From an uncultured Candidatus Binatia bacterium (GTDB taxonomy: Bacteria; Desulfobacterota; Binatia; UBA9968; JAJDTQ01), in contig CBDCAF010000020.1 in NCBI GenBank assembly GCA_965213675.1, forward strand, positions 1 through 57,712: a stretch of 57,712 bases of DNA, read 5' to 3'. A program made the translations under genes and the position numbers. Under the pieces are notes generated by a model. That model saw only the letters and a list, made by a program, of their open reading frames with translations, was not told where the DNA came from and did no database searches. Below are positions 51,576 through 57,712 of this stretch, one piece after another (within the stretch, counting starts at the first letter, position 1; each line of letters starts with the position of its first letter).

Positions 51576-51964
51576 GTCCGGGCCGGCGGAAGGGAGCACC
51601 GTTGGGCTGTTCGGGACGTCTAGGCGTTCGGATTTCGCTACCGTTCTGGAGCACCCGAAACGGAGACAGCCTGCAGAACCTGCCTTTGTTGTCCAATTGC
51701 CGAGTATGATCAGTTAGTTATGGAAATTGGCCGGGACTTTGTCGGCTGTGGGAAACTATCTACGTACGAAGCCGGTGTCTCTTCGTCCAGACGACGCGCT
51801 TGCGCTCCGCGGATATGAGGGCGTCTACCGTTCGCTTGGTGCCTGACACAAACAGGCATGGACACTGATCGAATTAGATCCATGGCAAGGGGGAATCGTG
51901 TGCTTCGCCATCGGTTGGCTCTCGATGATTCTGACGAATAGGGTGTTTCTTTGGACGACAAAGA

Positions 51965-52795
51965 TTATCGTTTCTCCAGAATGGTTCGTACACTCTTTTC
52001 ACCATGCGCGATGAGTTTTCTGTCTCCGTCGGATCCTTCGGCGTAGACGAGGCCTTCTAGTTTCACGGCCTTATTTCCTAGGCCGTCCATTGGCAAGGTG
52101 ATTTCCCAGACGGCGCTTCCACTTACGCCTCCATGTGTCGAAGGAATCCATGCATCGTCATTGGTAATGGCGTACTCCCCGTAATCCCAGTCCTTGTCGT
52201 TACTCTGTCTTTCTGCGGTCTTCCTGGCTAGCAGCCCATGGGCGACAACGATATTGTCGGCTCGGTTGCTTGCTGCCTCAACAAATCCGAATACGATGCT
52301 GAACTGGCATACCCTTCCCGCGTATAGTTCCACCATTCTTCCCCTGTTGTGGAACACAGCTCCTATCGCTTCCATTGTATCTGCTTCCTCTGCGGACAAA
52401 GGTATCCAGCCAATATCCGGGCCTGTCGGACTGCGGTTGTTCTCGCCCCAGCCGTGCATGCCTTCCGCTTGGATCCTGATCCAGGTGGCCTTTTCTCGAT
52501 CCTGTGCCGGGAGGATCTGTATGCTCTCCCCGTGTCGGATCGCCCCAATTACGTGTCCTGCGGTAAGGATACCGAACTGGCCGTCTGTTCTTCTCAGGAA
52601 CGTCCCGGTACCAACCGGAACTAGCGTTCCGTCGACCTCGTAACCGATTACGGTCGTATATCGTCTCACCAAATCTGCCAAGATCCGCGGAACGACTTCA
52701 GGGTTCAACTGCTCCTTCAGGAAAAAGCCCGTCGCCTCCAGACTGCCCGCTACTTCGAGCCATCCGTTCGTCACTATGTCTGGTTCTTTAGCCAT
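51965..52795 (-). CDS. Trypsin-like serine protease
   Basis: GTGTF, LTAGHV (His), DIG (Asp), GGVSGSAVW (Ser); no signal peptide. Confidence 0.7.
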   Translation of the reverse strand: MAKEPDIVTNGWLEVAGSLEATGFFLKEQLNPEVVPRILADLVRRYTTVIGYEVDGTLVPVGTGTFLRRTDGQFGILTAGHVIGAIRHGESIQILPAQDREKATWIRIQAEGMHGWGENNRSPTGPDIGWIPLSAEEADTMEAIGAVFHNRGRMVELYAGRVCQFSIVFGFVEAASNRADNIVVAHGLLARKTAERQSNDKDWDYGEYAITNDDAWIPSTHGGVSGSAVWEITLPMDGLGNKAVKLEGLVYAEGSDGDRKLIAHGEKSVRTILEKR

Positions 52796-52823
52796 GACAT
52801 GTTGCGTCGCGCCGCGCGTTAAC

Positions 52824-53732
52824 TCATTCGGCCGGGAACACGTGTCCCGAAACGATGTTCCCCAGAAAGGAGACCGCGTCCTCGACCCGGCTTCGAATGG
52901 ATTGTAGTTGCGCATGCGAAAACCGGCCCGAGGAGCCGTGTGTGCCATCGTTAAACACATTGAAGAGCTGGATCACGTTTTCCATATCGCTCTCAACAAA
53001 ATCTGTCAGAGTATCGTCTAAGACACCAATTCTGTGGAGAAGAAAGCGAATCTTTGAACGCCTGGTAGGCCGACCCTGGTCCGTCAGATCGCAGTTCGGG
53101 AGCATGGCGCGGACGTCGTCGTCACTCGCGTGCCGTTCGAGAATAGCCGTCAGGAGCTCACGGGCGCTTGTACAGAAATGCCGCGCGGCATCTGGATTTC
53201 TGGGATCTAGTGCAAACAGAGCACCGTGCCACCGATTGCTGATATCCGGTGATAGCTCGTTGAGTACATGATCAATTTCGGCGGACAGAAAGTCATCTTC
53301 TTGTTCGTTCTCCGGTGGCTCTCCCTGGAGGGCATTGATCACGCCGACGCTATTTGCCGCTTCCCGTTCGGACAAATCCAAGAGGAGGTGGAAGCGATCA
53401 TCATATATGTTCGCGGTTTCCCGATGGTCCAGCCTTGCGTAGGAGCGTTGGAGTGCTTCTACAGATGTACGAAAAGTGACATATTGCGGTCGCGCAGACG
53501 CCCGCGTGAGTTTTTGCAACTCATGTCGTAAGCGGTCACGACTTGCACGTAGGCGAGCGTTATGGGTTCGAACTTTGGAATTGTAGGTGCTGACTGTTTG
53601 GTTGAACTTATTTATTGCCTGACGCTGCCTATTTTGCGCTTGCTTCAGTTTCGACTGTGCCTGTTGAAGCTTACTGCGGAATTGCGAGAAAGAGATATGT
53701 CTAGCCATGTACTGGTCTACCTTTCGGGCCAT
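52824..53732 (-). CDS. Coiled-coil protein with putative 'pPIWI-associating nuclease'-like (HEPN-like) C-terminal domain
   Basis: RWHGA...NPDAARHFCTSARE, PTRRSKI, FNDGTH; family recalled, not searched. Confidence 0.6.
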   Translation of the reverse strand: MARKVDQYMARHISFSQFRSKLQQAQSKLKQAQNRQRQAINKFNQTVSTYNSKVRTHNARLRASRDRLRHELQKLTRASARPQYVTFRTSVEALQRSYARLDHRETANIYDDRFHLLLDLSEREAANSVGVINALQGEPPENEQEDDFLSAEIDHVLNELSPDISNRWHGALFALDPRNPDAARHFCTSARELLTAILERHASDDDVRAMLPNCDLTDQGRPTRRSKIRFLLHRIGVLDDTLTDFVESDMENVIQLFNVFNDGTHGSSGRFSHAQLQSIRSRVEDAVSFLGNIVSGHVFPAE

Positions 53733-54368
53733 TGAACATTAGGACTACATGCCGACAATAACACGCACACTGTCCTGCGGCTCGTCACGGATCTTCGCGT
53801 TGATACATGCCGCGACTGTGGCGCTGGGGAGTATTCCTGCGCGAGGACCGTAACTTGGTAAGGATAGCATTTAGGGGTGGCGGCGCCAAATAGTTGGCGA
53901 GAAGGACGTGTGCAGCTTGGCGCTCAACGGCGACGCTCTGGATCCGGTGTGAAACCAGGTTTCCGGTGAAATTCGCGGCACTGCGTGTCAAACTGGAAGC
54001 GGAAAATATCCAGGACCAACTGTGCAGTCCCAGTCCTGGGGGCGCCTGTGCGAGGGATCGGGCGTTGAGGCCGCTCAAGTGCGGTCTGAACGCTCGCGGA
54101 TGACACGGGCGAAGAGATAATTCGCCGCCGAGGTGGAGATTTGGTGGCGCATTGTGACGGCGGTGCTGGAAGCTGGATTGTCGACGAGGCGGGCGAGTAC
54201 GTGGACGAATTTGACTGGAAACGGTGGATGGCGTTCTGCCGCGACTCAGTCTGGCGAGAGGGCTGAAGCCGAGAGGCGTGAGCGACCCCCGGTTCGGGGG
54301 ACGTTTAGAGAATACCAGCGCGGAGTGTTGTGCGCGGAATTGGAGAAACCAACGGAGTTCTTCGGCGG

Positions 54369-55244
54369 TTAGGGGGGCGTCCGAGCGGGACGAGGTAATA
54401 AAGTTCTCGGAAGTATAATCGCGGGGCGCGGACGGATGACCCTTGGACAGAGGTCAAGCCACATAGTGAGCTTCTTGTCGAAAGTATCTCGGATATCCTC
54501 TTGCTCCCAGGCGGTACTGAGCATCAGGACATCGCCTTGCTTGCCCCAAGGAATGGGATTCTGAGAACCGTCAAATTTCTTGTCCTTGAGCGAAGTTTTC
54601 CGACGCCACCATGCCCACAAGTCGGCGAACTGTACGGGTGGACTGTTCTTGCTATCCTCAAATTGAGGGGGTTGGCCCATCAAGGATCTTTGACCGGGAG
54701 GAACCGTCTCCCGGTGAACTTCGAAACCTTGACGGATCTTATCTTGAAAATCTGGATCGCTAAATCGATCAAAGGTAATGTCCACAGGCTCAGACAATCC
54801 GGGTTGAACCGCTGACCCGAATTTGACCTGGAGCTGCCCGAAGAAAGAGCAACAGGCGATGTAGGACATGTACCGATACGACCACTGATTGACCGCCTCG
54901 GGTTCAAGTGCGTCCCAAAAGGGTACATCCATAAGAATTTTGTTGCGGAGGGCGACCCGTTCCTTCATCCGAGTGAATTCGGCTTTGTAGGCCTTTACAG
55001 GGATGGCGACGTCGTAGACGGCATGGATGTACGGAATTGACTGCATATAGAGTTGTTCGGCTAAGGGCGAATCGCGACGTTTGCTTTTTCTTCTTCCATC
55101 CTTGCTCAACTCGTGCCCCTTCGGAAGCAACTTCCACCACTCCTTGGAAAGAGGCTCGACATCTTCGGGGTTGAGAATTGCTCCTGAGACGATAAAAAGC
55201 TGACCTGACGCCTCGGACTCGTCGACAAACATTTGTTTATTCAT
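54369..55244 (-). CDS. DUF3800 family protein (RNase H-like fold)
   Basis: FVDES at N-terminus; DSK...VQFADLWA near C-terminus. Confidence 0.78.
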   Translation of the reverse strand: MNKQMFVDESEASGQLFIVSGAILNPEDVEPLSKEWWKLLPKGHELSKDGRRKSKRRDSPLAEQLYMQSIPYIHAVYDVAIPVKAYKAEFTRMKERVALRNKILMDVPFWDALEPEAVNQWSYRYMSYIACCSFFGQLQVKFGSAVQPGLSEPVDITFDRFSDPDFQDKIRQGFEVHRETVPPGQRSLMGQPPQFEDSKNSPPVQFADLWAWWRRKTSLKDKKFDGSQNPIPWGKQGDVLMLSTAWEQEDIRDTFDKKLTMWLDLCPRVIRPRPAIILPRTLLPRPARTPP

Positions 55245-55524
55245 TAAGGACCCTTTCCCAGTGGAGTCTAGGAAAAGCAGGCGGATGTGTGTCTCTCGCT
55301 TCAATGAAGGGCGAAAGCAGTGACGGTATCCTTTCAGCCGTCCTCGCGCGTCACTGCGCCAGCGGTCGGGTCTTCAGTAGTGGCATATTATGAACGCGCG
55401 CACAAATTTGCAAAACCTGTGCCGGGGCTGTAATACTGCCAAACTATTGTCGAGGATGCGCTACCAGTGTCGCCAGGGCTGGGCGTAGATGCCGCTTGGT
55501 CGCCAAACTAACGGAGGGCCGTTG

Positions 55525-55815
55525 ATGGACGCAGTGCTTGGACTGATACTGTTGGCATTTGCCGTTCTCGGGATTATCACCTTCATCAAGGGTGCGGTCG
55601 GGCGCGGTAACAAACAGGAGGAGGAGCGCCTGAGTCGGCTCAGGCGGGAAATCGAGGAAGGGGAGAAACACTTGAAGGCCATCAAGGACCAAACCCTCGA
55701 CCACCTCTACGACCGCCTGTCTCCCGCTGGCAAGGAGCACTTAAAGGCCATCAGGGACAGGCCCCAAACCAAGGGATCGTCCTCGGCTTGGTACCCTACG
55801 GGAATAGTTGACTAA
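55525..55815 (+). CDS. Small membrane-anchored coiled-coil protein
   Basis: N-terminal TM helix; repeated KHLKAI/EHLKAI. Confidence 0.55.
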   Translation: MDAVLGLILLAFAVLGIITFIKGAVGRGNKQEEERLSRLRREIEEGEKHLKAIKDQTLDHLYDRLSPAGKEHLKAIRDRPQTKGSSSAWYPTGIVD

Positions 55816-55828
55816 GTTTTCCGCCTAG

Positions 55829-57347
55829 GAGTCTGTCCGAGTAATCGGTCTCGGATCGACGGGAAGGGAAGGATGTGATTGGGTAGGGGTCATGAGTAAG
55901 CGTTTTCGTAGCTGGGAAGTGGACCAGATCTGGCTGTTGCCGCCGTCGGTGCATGACTTTGTACCGGCGGGACATGCGGCGCATATGGTTCGGGACGCGG
56001 TACGGGAGACGCTGGACCTGACGGCGATCTACGAGTCGTACGAGGGGGAGCGAGGGCAGCCGCCGTACCATCCGGGGATGATGGTGGCGTTGTTGCTGTA
56101 TGGGTATAGCTGCGGGGTGTATTCGTCGCGGCGGATGGCTCGGGCGTGCGAGGAGCGGCTGGATTTCATGGCGGTGAGCGGACTTCAGCGGCCGGACTTT
56201 CGCACCATCAGGGACTTTCGCAAGCGTCATCTTGAGGCGCTGGCGGGTCTGTTCAGGCAGGTTCTGGCGCTGTGCCGGGAGGCGGGGCTGGTGAAGTTGG
56301 GGCACGTGGCGCTGGACGGGACGAAGATCAAGGCGAACGCATCGAAGCACAAGGCGATGTCTTATGGGCGGATGGAGAAGGCGGAGAAGCGGCTGGAGGC
56401 GGAAGTGAGGGGGTGGCTGGAGCAGGCGGAGGCCGCGGACGCAAGGGAGGATGGGGAGCACGGGGAAGAGGCGCGGGGCGACGAGATGCCGGAGTGGGTG
56501 GCGGACAAGCAGCAGCGGCTTGAGCGGATTCGGGAGGCGAAGGAGGCACTGGAAGCGCAGGCCAGGGAGCAGGGAAGGCCGGGGAAGTCGGCGAGGCCGC
56601 CGGAGAAGGCGCAGCGCAACTTCACGGACCCGCAGAGCCGCATCCTCAAGACCGGGGACGGTTTCATCCAGGGCTACAACGCCCAGGCGGCGGCGGATGC
56701 GGGACACCAGGTGATCGTGGCCCACGGGTTGACCTCAAGCGGCAGCGACCAGAAGCAGTTGCAGCCCATGATCGAGGCGATGGAGGACGAGGCGGGGGCG
56801 TTGCCGACCGAGTTGTCGGCGGATGCCGGCTATTGTTCGGAGGACAATCTGGCCATCCTGAAGGCGCGAGGCATTCGGGGCTACGTGGCCACCGGGCGTC
56901 AGAAGCACGGGACGGCGACCGTGGCGGGCGACAAGGCTTCACCGCCCGGGAGCCTGCGGGAGGCCATGGCGGGGCGCTTGAAGCAGGGCGGACGGCGCAG
57001 CCGCTACCGTCTGCGCAAGGTGACCATCGAACCAGTCTTCGGTCAGGTCAAGCACGCCCGCGGGTTCCGGCAGTTCCTGCTGCGCGGCCTGGATCAGGTC
57101 CGTCATGAATGGGCGCTGGTCTGCATCGCTCATAACCTCAACAAGCTCGCTGCCCACCGCGCCTCGGCTCACGCCTGAAAGAGCCTTGTCTTGCGTTTGC
57201 GGCCACGAACAGGACCACCTCGAACTCGAAATGCCGTCCCTCGGCTTCACTCAGGACCAACGATTGTCAAACGTCATCTCGCCTCCCGTCCGGAGCGTCG
57301 CCAGGCAAATAAAAGGAAGTCGCTTTGACTACTACTCGGACAGACTC
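55829..57347 (+). mobile_element. IS1182-family insertion sequence, 1519 bp
   Basis: TIR GAGTCTGTCCGAGTA; CTAG duplication at 55825-55828 and 57348-57351. Confidence 0.92.
55892..57178 (+). CDS. IS1182-family transposase
   Basis: GQPPYHP, PDFRTI, DGTKIKANAS, TDPQSR, GYNAQ, ADAGY, EPVFG. Confidence 0.95.
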   Translation: MSKRFRSWEVDQIWLLPPSVHDFVPAGHAAHMVRDAVRETLDLTAIYESYEGERGQPPYHPGMMVALLLYGYSCGVYSSRRMARACEERLDFMAVSGLQRPDFRTIRDFRKRHLEALAGLFRQVLALCREAGLVKLGHVALDGTKIKANASKHKAMSYGRMEKAEKRLEAEVRGWLEQAEAADAREDGEHGEEARGDEMPEWVADKQQRLERIREAKEALEAQAREQGRPGKSARPPEKAQRNFTDPQSRILKTGDGFIQGYNAQAAADAGHQVIVAHGLTSSGSDQKQLQPMIEAMEDEAGALPTELSADAGYCSEDNLAILKARGIRGYVATGRQKHGTATVAGDKASPPGSLREAMAGRLKQGGRRSRYRLRKVTIEPVFGQVKHARGFRQFLLRGLDQVRHEWALVCIAHNLNKLAAHRASAHA

Positions 57348-57639
57348 CTAGGCGAGGGTGTTCACCGAGGGGGGCTACGTGTCGCAACTCCAGCCTACCG
57401 GCGCGAATCAGCGCCATCAACTATTCTTCATTATTCCTTCTCTACCCATCTCACCCAACTTCAACAGACGCAGATGTACTGCCAACTGACCGAACCGCTG
57501 CAGCGGCGGGTAAGTGTTCGGTCAAGGGGTGACGAAGCTAGCCAAGCCAGCGATCCGCGGCCCTGCTAAACCCAGAATCGCCGCTGTCTGGGCACTGGCA
57601 TCACCCAGTGACCGAACGACGTGTCCACCGCCGCAGTTT

Positions 57640-57659
57640 GTGTTGACCATGTGTTGACT
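57640..57659 (+). repeat. Tandem GTGTTGAC arm-type sites (right end)
   Basis: Two copies 11 bp apart, followed by AT-rich DNA at the window end. Confidence 0.5.
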
Positions 57660-57712
57660 GTTCGTGAGCGAATCATCCGGTCTTTCAAGGGGAGCGTTTT
57701 ACTTATTTGTTT

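Overview
The window appears to be one mosaic integrative element (genomic island or decaying ICE) from a high-GC bacterium. A tyrosine integrase sits at the left end, and matching GTGTTGAC arm-type repeats occur at both window ends. Left block (0.3-24.6 kb): two convergent paralogous integrases enclose a GHKL/MORC-nuclease + cytosine methylase + Vsr module (split by an IS5-family element), a fitAB toxin-antitoxin pair operonic with a type I R-M system, an RHH gene beside an orphan MOBF-type oriT, two paralogous secreted proteins, and many remnants (helD, IS1595, IS5, integrases, a second vsr). Middle block (24.6-39.1 kb, minus strand): an alphaproteobacterial ICE/plasmid-type backbone (PAPS-reductase-like, ParB, GHKL protein, RadC, strawberry-notch methylase/helicase, Ssb, Toprim primase, DUF4326, truncated DUF2493-like gene), partly pseudogenised. 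Right block: an intact SNF2-helicase + sacsin-like GHKL/Zn-finger pair between diverged direct repeats; a MoxR-AAA/DUF3150-like/vWA operon with a degenerate metallopeptidase site and an unannotated 43-codon ORF; two putative nucleoid proteins; a DUF3800/putative nuclease/trypsin-like cluster; and an intact IS1182. No relaxase, T4SS, CRISPR array, rRNA or tRNA was recognised. All family calls come from reading motifs by eye, not from database searches.
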